Below are positions 20,105 through 31,379 of a DNA stretch of 64,000 nt, one piece after another. This DNA comes from Alphaproteobacteria bacterium (GTDB taxonomy: Bacteria; Pseudomonadota; Alphaproteobacteria; SP197): contig OZ245842.1 of the NCBI GenBank assembly GCA_965228895.1, positions 3,808,001 to 3,872,000 of the forward strand, written 5' to 3'. The notes below the pieces were generated by a model. That model was given only the letters and a program-made list of their open reading frames with translations. It was not told the origin of the DNA and searched no databases. Position 1 is the stretch's first letter, and the number at the start of each line of letters is the position of its first letter. The translations under genes and the position numbers were made by a program.

Positions 20105-21850
20105 CTAAGCAGCCTTGCCGGCCCGCGCGCGCATAAGACTCACGGTGCGGTCGTTCAGAAACTGGTAATGCTCGGCCAGATACGGAGAAATCTCCGCGTT
20201 GTGAGCACTGAACAGGTTCATCGCGGCGTTCACTTCGAACACAACAGGCCGGCCCTCGCGCGTGACACCAAAGTCGATGCCATAGACGTCGAGCGGCGTG
20301 TTCTCGATGATCGGCGCGAAGACCTTTTTCCAGTCGAAACCCAGGAACTCGTCGGGGTCAGCCAGAAATTCCTGCTCGATCTTGTCAAAGCCGCTTTCCA
20401 GCCATTGCGGCGTTCGGCGCAGGTGGTCGTGCGACGAAAAGTCGACGTGTGAATTCGCCCTGTCGACGAAAGCCTCGTCGCCGATAATGACCGCGCGATA
20501 GTGTCGTCCGACACCTTGCTCGTCGCGGCACTCGTGGTACTGGGTGACGAAGTATTCCGGCAGGCTCATGTCGACCAGTGCTTCGCGCAGCGCATCGGGA
20601 CCATCGAACAACCGCATGCCCATGCCGAGATTGGTTTGCGGATGGCGAATCAGAACCGGCCATTCGAAATCCGCCTCGATCTCCGCGATGATGCTTTCGG
20701 CTGTCGACGTTGCCGGCCTCAAGTGCGTCAGCCGTGGAAAGATAAACGCTGATTCCGATGCAAACCTTTGGGCGTTCTTTTCGCGCCCGCATGCCAAAAC
20801 CGCGTCTAGTCCGTTGATGACGGGAATGTCGTCGGCCTCATACAGCGCGACGAACTCGTCATAGAGATCCCGCGTCGGCGCACTCACGCTTTCGCTGACC
20901 ACAAGATTGTTCACGAAGATGTCGGGACGCACGCCCGCTTTCTCAAGATGGTCCGGCGCACGCGGCGAAAGCGGTACATGAAGCACGCGCATATCCGGCG
21001 ACGCGACATAAGACGGATAATTGAGGCCGCTATAGTTCAGAGGACTCTGACGATTGAAGAACGACGGGCCGAAGTCTTCGAGCACGGCGATAGTCAAGCC
21101 GGCGCTTTTTCCCTTTTCCGGTCCGCGCACGCTGAAGGGCCTGATCTCAAGCGCCCGTCCTGCCGCTGCCAGGGCGCCTTGAGCGCTGCCGGCACCAAGC
21201 CGCGCGACGGAAAGAAGCGTGAGCGTGTTGAAGTTGCCGGGCTGCGCGGCATCGGCTTCTTCGAGAACACGCACCGCCTCGGCGTGGCGATCCAGGTCGC
21301 ACAACGCATGGCCGAGAACGAGCACATTGGCGGGAGCGGTCAGGCCCAATGTCCTGGCCGTGGCGGCGTGCTCGGCGGCTTTCTCCACCTGGCCGTCATG
21401 CAGATAAAGGTTGGCCAACGTCGCGTGACAGCGCGCGGATTTCGGATGGCGGGCCAGAAGGCCTTCCAAACAACCAATGGCCTGGCCGATGTCGGCCTGG
21501 CGATGGTGGATCTCCGCCAGCAGCAGACCCGGATCGATCTCGTCGGGAAACCGGGCGACCAGCGCCTCGGAAGCAGTCCGCGCGGCGTCCAGCCGGCCGG
21601 CGCACACATGCGCGTAGCAGGCCGCGTAATCGGCCGCCAGGCTGCCGGTGTGGTCGCGCCCAAGCGCCTCGGCGATACCGTCGGGTCCCTGGGGTCCGTG
21701 GACGCGCAGGCCCAGATCCATCGCCAGCCGCGCCGCGTCGACCGTATCGGTGTGCTGGCCGGCGAGCGCACTGGCGGCGACAAACGCCTCCGACACCTTG
21801 CCCGACCGCGCAAGCTGGTGGATCCGGCCGATTTCCTCTCGTGGCGCCAC
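20105..21850 (-). CDS. TPR-repeat protein fused to a RimK-like ATP-grasp domain
   Basis: Ala/Leu-rich TPR helices in the first ~240 aa; 'WPVLIR..TNLGMGM', 'YFVTQY', 'YGIDFG..GRPVVFEVNA'. Confidence 0.75.
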   Translation of the reverse strand: MAPREEIGRIHQLARSGKVSEAFVAASALAGQHTDTVDAARLAMDLGLRVHGPQGPDGIAEALGRDHTGSLAADYAACYAHVCAGRLDAARTASEALVARFPDEIDPGLLLAEIHHRQADIGQAIGCLEGLLARHPKSARCHATLANLYLHDGQVEKAAEHAATARTLGLTAPANVLVLGHALCDLDRHAEAVRVLEEADAAQPGNFNTLTLLSVARLGAGSAQGALAAAGRALEIRPFSVRGPEKGKSAGLTIAVLEDFGPSFFNRQSPLNYSGLNYPSYVASPDMRVLHVPLSPRAPDHLEKAGVRPDIFVNNLVVSESVSAPTRDLYDEFVALYEADDIPVINGLDAVLACGREKNAQRFASESAFIFPRLTHLRPATSTAESIIAEIEADFEWPVLIRHPQTNLGMGMRLFDGPDALREALVDMSLPEYFVTQYHECRDEQGVGRHYRAVIIGDEAFVDRANSHVDFSSHDHLRRTPQWLESGFDKIEQEFLADPDEFLGFDWKKVFAPIIENTPLDVYGIDFGVTREGRPVVFEVNAAMNLFSAHNAEISPYLAEHYQFLNDRTVSLMRARAGKAA

Positions 21851-22015
21851 GCGCTCTCTCCTCGTTTGACTTCGTCTACTTTATCGCCGTTAGACGCCTG
21901 GCGACGCATCTGGCGCGATTGTGAACGCCCGGTTTACCCGATCTCCGCGCCTGGGACCCGTGCCAGACGTCACACCCGTTAACCTTTCTCCTCGCCCGCC
22001 TAACAAACTGATTTG

Positions 22016-22045
22016 CTTGACATACCGGCCTTGAGGGCCCATGTG
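22016..22045 (+). promoter_or_regulatory. Putative promoter of the DEAD-box helicase gene
   Basis: CTTGACA then CCCCATGT (CTTG-N18-CCCCATGT), about 260 nt upstream of the TTG start. Confidence 0.4.
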
Positions 22046-22308
22046 ACCTCCGTACATTGTCTCGCGATCGCGCGAAGCGCCGTTTCTTAGAGCCCCGGCA
22101 TCCAGCCATCGGGCCCCAGGACATCGCAGGAGAACGTCACCGGCACCACGGACGAGATTGTCCGCGGGCGGTCTTCTCCGGGCGGCACATCATCCCGGGA
22201 ACAATCATAAAAACACCGCCGCACCGGCCGCGCCCGGGGCAGGCAACAAGCCGGGACATCCGCGTGCGCAACAGCCGCCCGCGCCACCCGGTCATTAAGG
22301 AATCTCTA

Positions 22309-23574
<1,266 letters not shown>

Positions 23575-23793
23575 AGAAGTGCCCACGAGACAGACTAGGT
23601 TAATCGCTGCCAGTTGACAGACAAACGCACGAGAGTTCTAGAAGCTCAATAGAATCCAGAGCTTCTGTTGCGTGTGATTGCACGAGGTCGAGAACGTACA
23701 GCGGCTATTAGTGTAGCGCTCTTTACGTCGCGCATTGCATACTGCAGCAACCTTGACTGCTCATTGCCGCCGCCTCAATGTGAATTTCTAGAA

Positions 23794-26700
23794 TTGGCTC
23801 TTCTCGCTGCAACCCAAATTCCAAAACCTGCTGACGAACAGGCGTTCGAGCGTGCGTCGGTTGTATTGTGGCAGAATCTACTCAACGATCCAAACGTCAA
23901 GAAGAATGGCCGCCGCGGTCAACGACAAAACGGAGTGGACCTCTACGGGGTTCGAAACGCTGACCCCGAACATCTCGTTGGTGTTCAGTGCAAACTAAAA
24001 GGCTCAAACAGAGAGCTGAAGGAACAAGAGGTCCGTGACGAGGTCGATCTGGCGCTGACGTTCAAGCCCAAGCTCCGCGAATTCTTCATAACGACGACTG
24101 CACCAGACGATACTAATCTAGACGAGCTAGCACGCGAACTTTCGGTAGACCTGAGCAAAAGGGGTTACCAACTGGTCGTTCACGTGTGGGGGTGGAATAC
24201 ACTAGAAGAAAAGATCCAAGAGTTTCCCGACGCCTTAAACGCGTTTGATCCATCCCACAGCGCGTTCAGTAGTCAACTAGACGACAAGATTGACAAACTG
24301 TCGTCGGACTTGGTTGGACCAAGTGGCTTTATAGCCGAACTCCAGTCTACAGTCTTACGCATAGAAACAGGAATTCGAGACAGACCAAGTGATGCTGGGC
24401 ACTCGTCAGATGACTTTGATTCTCATCTTGATGCCGAGATCGATGACTTCCGAAGGATATCAATCGAAGGCAAACCACACACCGCACTTTCACTACTCTC
24501 AAATCTTCAAGAACGTGTAGAGCCGAATGCATCCGGTCGAATACTCTTTCGTATCAAAGCAAACATTGGAAGTTGCTATTTTCAGTTGGGTGAAACCGAC
24601 AAGGCTGCCAGTCTGCTAGCCGAGGCCTACGAGCACTGCCCAAACGACCCAAAAGCGATTGCCAACAAGGGGCTGTCGTTACTGCTGCAAGGAAACTGGC
24701 AGACCCTCCTGGAGTTTGGTGCTGAAGCTCTAAGACAAGACCCTACCAATGATGGAATAGCAGGCTACTTGGTACAGGCCGCACGCTTTGATGCAACGAT
24801 CGACGAGCCACTTGACCTAGTCCCGGATGAACTGAAGGGATCCGCTGCAGTGGCCATTGGTCGCATAGACTTTCTCAGGTCACGTGGCGCAACAGCTGAA
24901 TGGAGAAGAGCCGCACTAGATGCAAGAACCGCTTACCCGGACGACGATCAAATTGGACAGTTCGCTGCAGAAGCTGCCCTCGACGAAGTAGTCCAAAGCG
25001 CCAACTTTCAGCGGTCAGGCTTGCTCGATGACAAGCAAAAGGAGGAGGTCGCAGCGGCAATTCAGACACTAGGCCAGCTTTGGGAGCGCGCACTCAACAG
25101 TGAGCGAACAGTGCGACCAGAAGAAGTCGCTCTCTGCTGCAATCTCATCGCGGCATACGACGCTCTCGGTGATTCGAGCACGGCGTTGGAGATCGCCAGG
25201 CAAGGTATAGAAGTTGCCCGGCACGACATGGACCTTGCGTTACGAACCGCCGCCATTGCGATAGACAATCACGAAGATGAACTCGCAGAAGGGCTGTTGC
25301 CAAGCCTTCCTGACGGACCAGCTGCGGCGGTTCTTCGATTCCGTTTCTACGCCCAGGCTAGTGAGTGGCAGAAGGTAGTCGAACTTTGTAAGGACAGTGT
25401 TGAACTGCTCCCTGAAGTGGAGCGCACTTTGATAACGGCCACAGCGCGCCTTTCAGAAATACACCTTAACCCCGGTGATGACTCCTACTCCCGCCTAGAC
25501 AAAGTGATTTCCGATGTAGCGGAAGATGCAAGAGCATCCGTCGTGGCCGCAGACTTCGCCAGCATGCAAGGGCATGATGATCTTGCTGGCAGGGCATACA
25601 GCAATGCCAAGGCTCAGATAAATGACCACAGTCACATAGCTGGTCGGATGATGACAGCAATGTACGCCGCGAGGATCAATGACTGGTCCGTGGTTGCAGA
25701 TCTTCTGGACGGCCACATTGACGAAAGCTCTGAGAGCGATGAATTGCACGCTCTATCCATAGCGCTTGCAAACGAAATCCCAGTTCGGGATCGGGCGGTT
25801 CGATTCTTTAGCCGGCTTCCTGCAGCTATTGCTGATCTCGCCTTTTATCGACACGCAGCTGGAGTAATGCACTTCAATCGCGGCTCGTTGGACGAAGCCG
25901 AAACCAACTTGATGAGGGCTATTAAACGTGATCCGCGTGTCGATACTTATCTGGTCCTATTCGCAACGCTTCGGCGAATGGATAGAAGTGACGACATAGT
26001 ATCAATTCTAAACTCGGTTAACCCTGAGTCTTTGGATGGTGCGGCCGGTCCGAAGATGCGACTTGCGCAAGAAATGTGCCAGGCAGGTCAAGGCGCTCGA
26101 TCCTTAAAGTACGCATACGACGTTCTCAAGGCCGCAAGGAATGACCCGGAATCATCGCTTTTGTACATGGGGCTAATCCTGTCCGACCGATCCGGTGAAC
26201 TTTTGCCGATGTCAGATAGCGTCAGCCTCGATGCTTGGGTTCGCATCGAGAACCATAACGGTGAAAGCTTTGATTTCATAATTGAGCAAGGTGAGGATCG
26301 CCCAGCCGAGGGGTTTCTTAGCCCACACCATGCAATAGTTTCCGCTAGTCTCGGAATGAAGGTTGGCGAAACGTTCATTCAAGAAGCTGCGATTGGCGAG
26401 AGAACTACGTGGCGTATCGTTGAGATAAAGCACAAGTACCTACACTTGCTTCATGACGTTATGGAGAATTTCCAAACCCGTTTTCCGGACGCACAGGGCT
26501 TTCACCGCTTTACATCGGAGAATGGAAACATTGAACCGATGCTTCAGGACATTCGGAACCGTGCGGAGGCCAATCGTCAAATTGCTGACTTCTACCTCCA
26601 GCAACACCTGCCAATGGCATTTGTTGCCCCTCAAATGGGTGGCAATGAGATAGAGCTTGCCGACTACGTTCGATACCTCGGTGAAGAAGTTCGAGTTTGC

Positions 26701-27762
26701 ATCGGAACAGATGCTGAGCGACTTGGTGCCCTATCATTGATCGATAGCCTCCGTTCAAACGGCGCAGTTCTCGACAACTACACTGCGTGGACAGCGGCAA
26801 ACATGGACATCTTAGATGTTCTTGTCGAAGTGTTTGGAAGAGTCCTTGTGCCCCAATCGGTCATCGACGAGCTCCGGATACACAAAGAAGAAGTTAAGCA
26901 ACTTGAGGGCTCCACGCTGGTCGCCTGGAAAGATGATGAGTTTGTGAGGCAACAACACACGAGCAACGAAATCTCGAAGCGAACAGCACATATCGAAGAG
27001 CAAATCCAAAAAATAGTCCGGCACTGCACGGTCGCCTCAAGTACGGCGCCAGATGAACCATCCCAAGTCGCCTCTGCTGTAACGGCAGCCTTCGGCGGTC
27101 ATGTTCTCGATCCTGCGAACTTAGCTTCTGACAGAAAACTCCTCATATCGGAAGATATCTACTATCGGCAGCATGCGGATGCAGCGGTATCAGCTAAGGG
27201 GGTATGGCTTCTGGTCGTCCTGGAGTACGCACTTTCGCATGGACTGATTACTCGGATGCGATTTGCGGACGCAGTGGCGCAACTCGCACTTAGGCGTCAC
27301 GGTTACGTATTGCTTAGAGTCGAAACGCTTCATGATGTCTTGAAGAGCGACGGGACACCGAGATTAGATTACTTCTCTGCCGTGGCCGAGTACATTGCCC
27401 CCGATAGTGCCGACATCAGACTTCACACGATATTCGCAGGCCTCTTTCTTGGCCAAGTCTGGGCTAATCCGTGGGTCGTCACTTTAAAAGAAAGACGTGC
27501 TACAGGTGTGGTTCTTAGCCGACTCGTTCACCGCAAAGGCAGCAACGGATCTATGGTCCTTGCGCTGCTCATCAAACATGCAAACGGAGCGCTTAGACGG
27601 TACATTCTAGATTGGATGGAAGGTCATTTTGTCAGCTTATCGACGGTAGAGCGGTGCCTTGTCGACGTTGTTGATCATCAAGCAAGAAGATACCTGTTAG
27701 AACTTACAGAGCCAAAACCGATCCGCGCGCTTGCTTCGACGAACTGGCCTCTTAACGACTAA
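23794..27762 (+). CDS. REase-like + TPR + GreA/B-C + PIN multidomain protein (probable anti-phage/conflict effector)
   Basis: 'FE...GRRGQRQNGVDLYG...VGVQCK' nuclease motif; TPR helices; 'FLSPHHAIVSASLGMKVGETF..WRIVEI'; PIN 'AVLDNYT..VLVPQSVIDEL..VLD..ISED'. Visibly lower GC than the flanks. Confidence 0.8.
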   Translation: MALLAATQIPKPADEQAFERASVVLWQNLLNDPNVKKNGRRGQRQNGVDLYGVRNADPEHLVGVQCKLKGSNRELKEQEVRDEVDLALTFKPKLREFFITTTAPDDTNLDELARELSVDLSKRGYQLVVHVWGWNTLEEKIQEFPDALNAFDPSHSAFSSQLDDKIDKLSSDLVGPSGFIAELQSTVLRIETGIRDRPSDAGHSSDDFDSHLDAEIDDFRRISIEGKPHTALSLLSNLQERVEPNASGRILFRIKANIGSCYFQLGETDKAASLLAEAYEHCPNDPKAIANKGLSLLLQGNWQTLLEFGAEALRQDPTNDGIAGYLVQAARFDATIDEPLDLVPDELKGSAAVAIGRIDFLRSRGATAEWRRAALDARTAYPDDDQIGQFAAEAALDEVVQSANFQRSGLLDDKQKEEVAAAIQTLGQLWERALNSERTVRPEEVALCCNLIAAYDALGDSSTALEIARQGIEVARHDMDLALRTAAIAIDNHEDELAEGLLPSLPDGPAAAVLRFRFYAQASEWQKVVELCKDSVELLPEVERTLITATARLSEIHLNPGDDSYSRLDKVISDVAEDARASVVAADFASMQGHDDLAGRAYSNAKAQINDHSHIAGRMMTAMYAARINDWSVVADLLDGHIDESSESDELHALSIALANEIPVRDRAVRFFSRLPAAIADLAFYRHAAGVMHFNRGSLDEAETNLMRAIKRDPRVDTYLVLFATLRRMDRSDDIVSILNSVNPESLDGAAGPKMRLAQEMCQAGQGARSLKYAYDVLKAARNDPESSLLYMGLILSDRSGELLPMSDSVSLDAWVRIENHNGESFDFIIEQGEDRPAEGFLSPHHAIVSASLGMKVGETFIQEAAIGERTTWRIVEIKHKYLHLLHDVMENFQTRFPDAQGFHRFTSENGNIEPMLQDIRNRAEANRQIADFYLQQHLPMAFVAPQMGGNEIELADYVRYLGEEVRVCIGTDAERLGALSLIDSLRSNGAVLDNYTAWTAANMDILDVLVEVFGRVLVPQSVIDELRIHKEEVKQLEGSTLVAWKDDEFVRQQHTSNEISKRTAHIEEQIQKIVRHCTVASSTAPDEPSQVASAVTAAFGGHVLDPANLASDRKLLISEDIYYRQHADAAVSAKGVWLLVVLEYALSHGLITRMRFADAVAQLALRRHGYVLLRVETLHDVLKSDGTPRLDYFSAVAEYIAPDSADIRLHTIFAGLFLGQVWANPWVVTLKERRATGVVLSRLVHRKGSNGSMVLALLIKHANGALRRYILDWMEGHFVSLSTVERCLVDVVDHQARRYLLELTEPKPIRALASTNWPLND

Positions 27763-27873
27763 CCTGCTCTACGAGAGAAACAGCGTATGTTGGTATACAC
27801 GAATGGCCTTCCCAGCATCGGACCACTCTCTATTACGTACTCGGTTTAACCTAGCCGCTAACCGGGACACCCC

Positions 27874-30800
27874 ATGACCCTCGCCGACGTCGCGTTGGAC
27901 GATCGTTACGCCCTCCAAGAGGGACGGGTGCTCATGTCGGGCACCCATGCGCTGGTGCGCCTGCCTATGTTGCAGCATGCCCGGGATAAGGCGGCCGGCC
28001 TCAACACCGGCGCCTATGTCACGGGCTATCGCGGTTCGCCGCTGGGCGCGATCGACATGGCGCTGTGGCAGGCCGGGCGCTTTGCCGATGACGCCGGCAT
28101 CCGGTTCAATCCCGGCGTCAACGAGGACCTGGCGGCGACGGCGGTCTGGGGGACGCAGCAGACGCATCTCTTCGACGACGCCACCGTCGACGGCGTCTTC
28201 GCCATGTTCTACGCCAAGGGGCCGGGCATCGACCGGTCGGGCGATGCGCTGAAGCACGGCAACACGGCGGGCACGTCGCCCCATGGCGGGGTCCTGGTGC
28301 TGGCGGGCGACGACCACACCTGCAAGTCCTCGACCTCCGCGCACCAAAGCGAGTTTGCGCTGGTCGACGCCATGATCCCGATCCTGCACCCGGCGGGCGT
28401 CCAGGAGTTCCTGGATCTGGGCCTACACGGCTGGGCGATGTCGCGCTTCACCGGGCTTTGGACCGGCTTCAAGCTGGTGTCCGAAACCGTCGACACGACG
28501 GCGACGGTGGCGATCGACCCCGCCCGGGTCCGCATCGTGCTGCCGTCAGACGCAGCCCTGCCGCCGGAAGGCGTGCACCTGCGCCTGCCCGACGACGCGC
28601 TCGCCAAGGAGGAACGCCTGCACCGCTATAAGCTCGACCTGGCGACGGCCTACGTACGCGCCAACCGGCTCGACCAGCGGGTGTTCGGGAAGGCCGACGC
28701 CCGGCTCGGCATCGTGACGACGGGGAAGTCCTATCTGGATGTACGCCAGGCGCTCGACGAGATCGGACTGACGCCGGGGCTGGCCGAGGAGCTGGGTGTG
28801 GCGCTCTACAAGATCGCCATGCCGTGGCCGCTGGAGCCCGAAGGCATCGCGGACTTCGCCTCGGGCCTCGACGAGATCCTGGTGGTCGAGGAAAAACGCG
28901 CGCTGATCGAACCGCAGATCCGCGACCAGCTCTATCACTTGGCCGACGGCAAGCGCCCGCTGGTCATCGGCAAGAAGGACGAGGCGGGCGCCACCATCCT
29001 GCCGTCCTGGGACGAGCTGTCGCCCGCCATGATCGGCGACGTCATCGCCCGGCGTCTGGCGCGCTTCGGTATCGGCGGCGAACTCGCCGAACGCGCGGCG
29101 CGGCTCAAACAGAAACTCAGCGCCGAGAAAGGCGACGCCGCGCCGATCTCGCGCATCCCCTATTTCTGTTCGGGCTGCCCGCACTCCTCCTCGACCCGGG
29201 TGCCCGACGGCAGCCAAGCCTTCGCCGGCATTGGCTGCCACTATCTCGTCCAGTCGATGGACCGCGACACCCTCACCTTCACCCAGATGGGCGCGGAGGG
29301 CGCCAACTGGAACGGCCTCTTCCCGTTCCGCGAGGCCGACCACGTCTTCGTCAATATCGGCGACGGCACCTATGTGCATTCGGGGTCGCTGGCGATCCGC
29401 GCGGCGGTCTCGGCCGGCGTCAACGTCACCTATAAGATCCTCTATAACGACGCCGTCGCCATGACCGGCGGCCAGGCGCCCGAAGGCCACCCGACGGTGC
29501 CGCAGATCACGCACCAATTGTTCGGCGAAGGCGTCAAACGCATCGCCGTCGTCACCGACGAGCCCGACAAGTACCCGGCCGATGCCGGTTTCGCCAAGGG
29601 CGTCAGTGTGCATGACCGCAAGGACCTCGACCGTGTCCAGCGCGACCTGCGCGAGGTGAAGGGCGTCTCCGCGCTGATCTACGATCAGGTCTGCGCCACG
29701 GAGAAACGCCGGCGGCGCAAGCGCGGGACGATGGCCGATCCCGACAAGCGCGTCTTCATCAACGAAGCCGTGTGCGAGGGCTGCGGCGATTGCGGCCTCA
29801 CCTCCAACTGCCTCTCGGTCCAGCCGGTCGAAACGGCGTTCGGCAGGAAACGCCAGATCGACCAGTCGTCGTGCAACAAGGATTTCACCTGTGTCGACGG
29901 CTTTTGCCCGAGCTTCGTGACGGTCGAAGGCGCTGCTGTCAGGAGACCCGCCGAGACTGCCATCGACCCCGCCCTGTTTGCCGCCCTGCCCGATCCCGAC
30001 AGGCCCGACCTCGCGCGGCCGTGGTCGATCCTGATCGCCGGCGTCGGCGGCACCGGCGTCGTCACCATCGCGCAACTGTTGGGCATGGCGGCACACCTCG
30101 AAGGCAAGGGCGTCGCGGTGCTCGACCAGATCGGGCTCGCGCAAAAATACGGCGGCGTCACCAGCAACGTGCGCATCGCCGCCGAACCGGGCGACCTCTT
30201 TGCGTCGAAGATCGGCGTCGGCGGCACGGACCTGCTGCTCGGCTGCGACCTCGTGCAGGCGGCGAGCGCCGACGTCATCGCGCGGCTGGCGGATGACCGC
30301 AGCAACGCCATCGTCAACAGCCACGAGACGCCGACCGGCGATTTCACCCGCCAGCCGGACGCGCCGCTGTTCGGCGATGTCCTGCGCGCGCGCATCGAAA
30401 AGGCGTGCGGTCCCAACCACACCCGCTTCGACGATGTGGCGGCCATCGGCACGGCGCTCTTCGGCGACAGCATCGTCAGCAACATCATGCTGCTCGGCCT
30501 CGCCTATCAGATGGGCGTGGTGCCGCTCTCGGCCGAGGCCATCGAACGCGCGGTCGCGCTGAACGGCACGGCGATCGACCAGAACATCGCCGCGTTCCGC
30601 ACCGGACGTCTGTTGGGCCACGACGCCGAGAAGGTCACGAAGCTCGCCGAGGCCGCGCGTCCGGCCTTACCCCACCGCCACATCCCCGAAAACCTCGCCG
30701 ACCTCATGGCGCTCCATCAGCGCCACCTCACCGCCTACCAGAACGCCGCCTATGCGGAGCGCTACACCGCGCTGGTCGAAAAGGTGCGCGCCGCCGAGGC

Positions 30801-31353
30801 GAAGGCCCTGCCCGGCCACGACGACCTCGCCCAGACGGTCGCGAAGAGCTACCTCAAGCTGCTCGCCTATAAGGACGAATACGAAGTCGCGCGGCTTTAT
30901 GGCGACAGCGCCTTCGCCCGCCAGCTCGCGCAAACCTTCGACGGCTCCATGAAACTCCACGTCCATCTGGCGCCGCCCCTGCTGGCGCGCACGGACCCGG
31001 CGACGGGAAGACCTGAAAAACGGACGTTCGGGCCGTGGATCCTGCCGGTCTTCGGCTTTCTGGCGAAACTCAAAGGCCTGCGCGGCACCGCCTTCGATCC
31101 CTTCGGCTACTCGGCCGAACGCAAGATGGAGCGGCGGTTGATCACCGACTTCGAGGCCGATGTCGCGCTGATCCTCGACCATCTCGACGCCGGCAACCAT
31201 GCGCTCGCCTCAGAACTCGCTGCCTTGCCCCAGGCCATGCGTGGCTTCGGACCGGTCAAAAAAGCGAACGTCGAGAAAGCCGAACAGCGCCGGCCGGCCT
31301 TGCGCGACGCCTTGATCGGTGGTGGTGTTGGCCGAGCCGAAGCCGCGCAATAA
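27874..31353 (+). CDS. Indolepyruvate:ferredoxin oxidoreductase-family protein (fused alpha/beta)
   Basis: 'GYRGSPLG', 'NEDLAATA', 'FCSGCPH', 'GDGTY', ferredoxin 'CEGCGDC', 'GVGGTG', 'AYKDEYEVARL'. Confidence 0.95.
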   Translation: MTLADVALDDRYALQEGRVLMSGTHALVRLPMLQHARDKAAGLNTGAYVTGYRGSPLGAIDMALWQAGRFADDAGIRFNPGVNEDLAATAVWGTQQTHLFDDATVDGVFAMFYAKGPGIDRSGDALKHGNTAGTSPHGGVLVLAGDDHTCKSSTSAHQSEFALVDAMIPILHPAGVQEFLDLGLHGWAMSRFTGLWTGFKLVSETVDTTATVAIDPARVRIVLPSDAALPPEGVHLRLPDDALAKEERLHRYKLDLATAYVRANRLDQRVFGKADARLGIVTTGKSYLDVRQALDEIGLTPGLAEELGVALYKIAMPWPLEPEGIADFASGLDEILVVEEKRALIEPQIRDQLYHLADGKRPLVIGKKDEAGATILPSWDELSPAMIGDVIARRLARFGIGGELAERAARLKQKLSAEKGDAAPISRIPYFCSGCPHSSSTRVPDGSQAFAGIGCHYLVQSMDRDTLTFTQMGAEGANWNGLFPFREADHVFVNIGDGTYVHSGSLAIRAAVSAGVNVTYKILYNDAVAMTGGQAPEGHPTVPQITHQLFGEGVKRIAVVTDEPDKYPADAGFAKGVSVHDRKDLDRVQRDLREVKGVSALIYDQVCATEKRRRRKRGTMADPDKRVFINEAVCEGCGDCGLTSNCLSVQPVETAFGRKRQIDQSSCNKDFTCVDGFCPSFVTVEGAAVRRPAETAIDPALFAALPDPDRPDLARPWSILIAGVGGTGVVTIAQLLGMAAHLEGKGVAVLDQIGLAQKYGGVTSNVRIAAEPGDLFASKIGVGGTDLLLGCDLVQAASADVIARLADDRSNAIVNSHETPTGDFTRQPDAPLFGDVLRARIEKACGPNHTRFDDVAAIGTALFGDSIVSNIMLLGLAYQMGVVPLSAEAIERAVALNGTAIDQNIAAFRTGRLLGHDAEKVTKLAEAARPALPHRHIPENLADLMALHQRHLTAYQNAAYAERYTALVEKVRAAEAKALPGHDDLAQTVAKSYLKLLAYKDEYEVARLYGDSAFARQLAQTFDGSMKLHVHLAPPLLARTDPATGRPEKRTFGPWILPVFGFLAKLKGLRGTAFDPFGYSAERKMERRLITDFEADVALILDHLDAGNHALASELAALPQAMRGFGPVKKANVEKAEQRRPALRDALIGGGVGRAEAAQ

Positions 31354-31379
31354 CACCAGACAAAGAAAGGTCTTTTGCC

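Noticed and set aside
23668-23793. Extended N-terminus of the 1364-aa ORF
   Set aside because: It looks non-coding; the domain-like sequence begins at TTG 23794 (LALLAATQIPKP). The exact start remains unproven.
27756-27865. TAAC/GTT words after the defence gene as an integron attC site
   Set aside because: No proper RYYYAAC...GTTRRRY pair with internal L-box symmetry, and no integrase or further cassettes.
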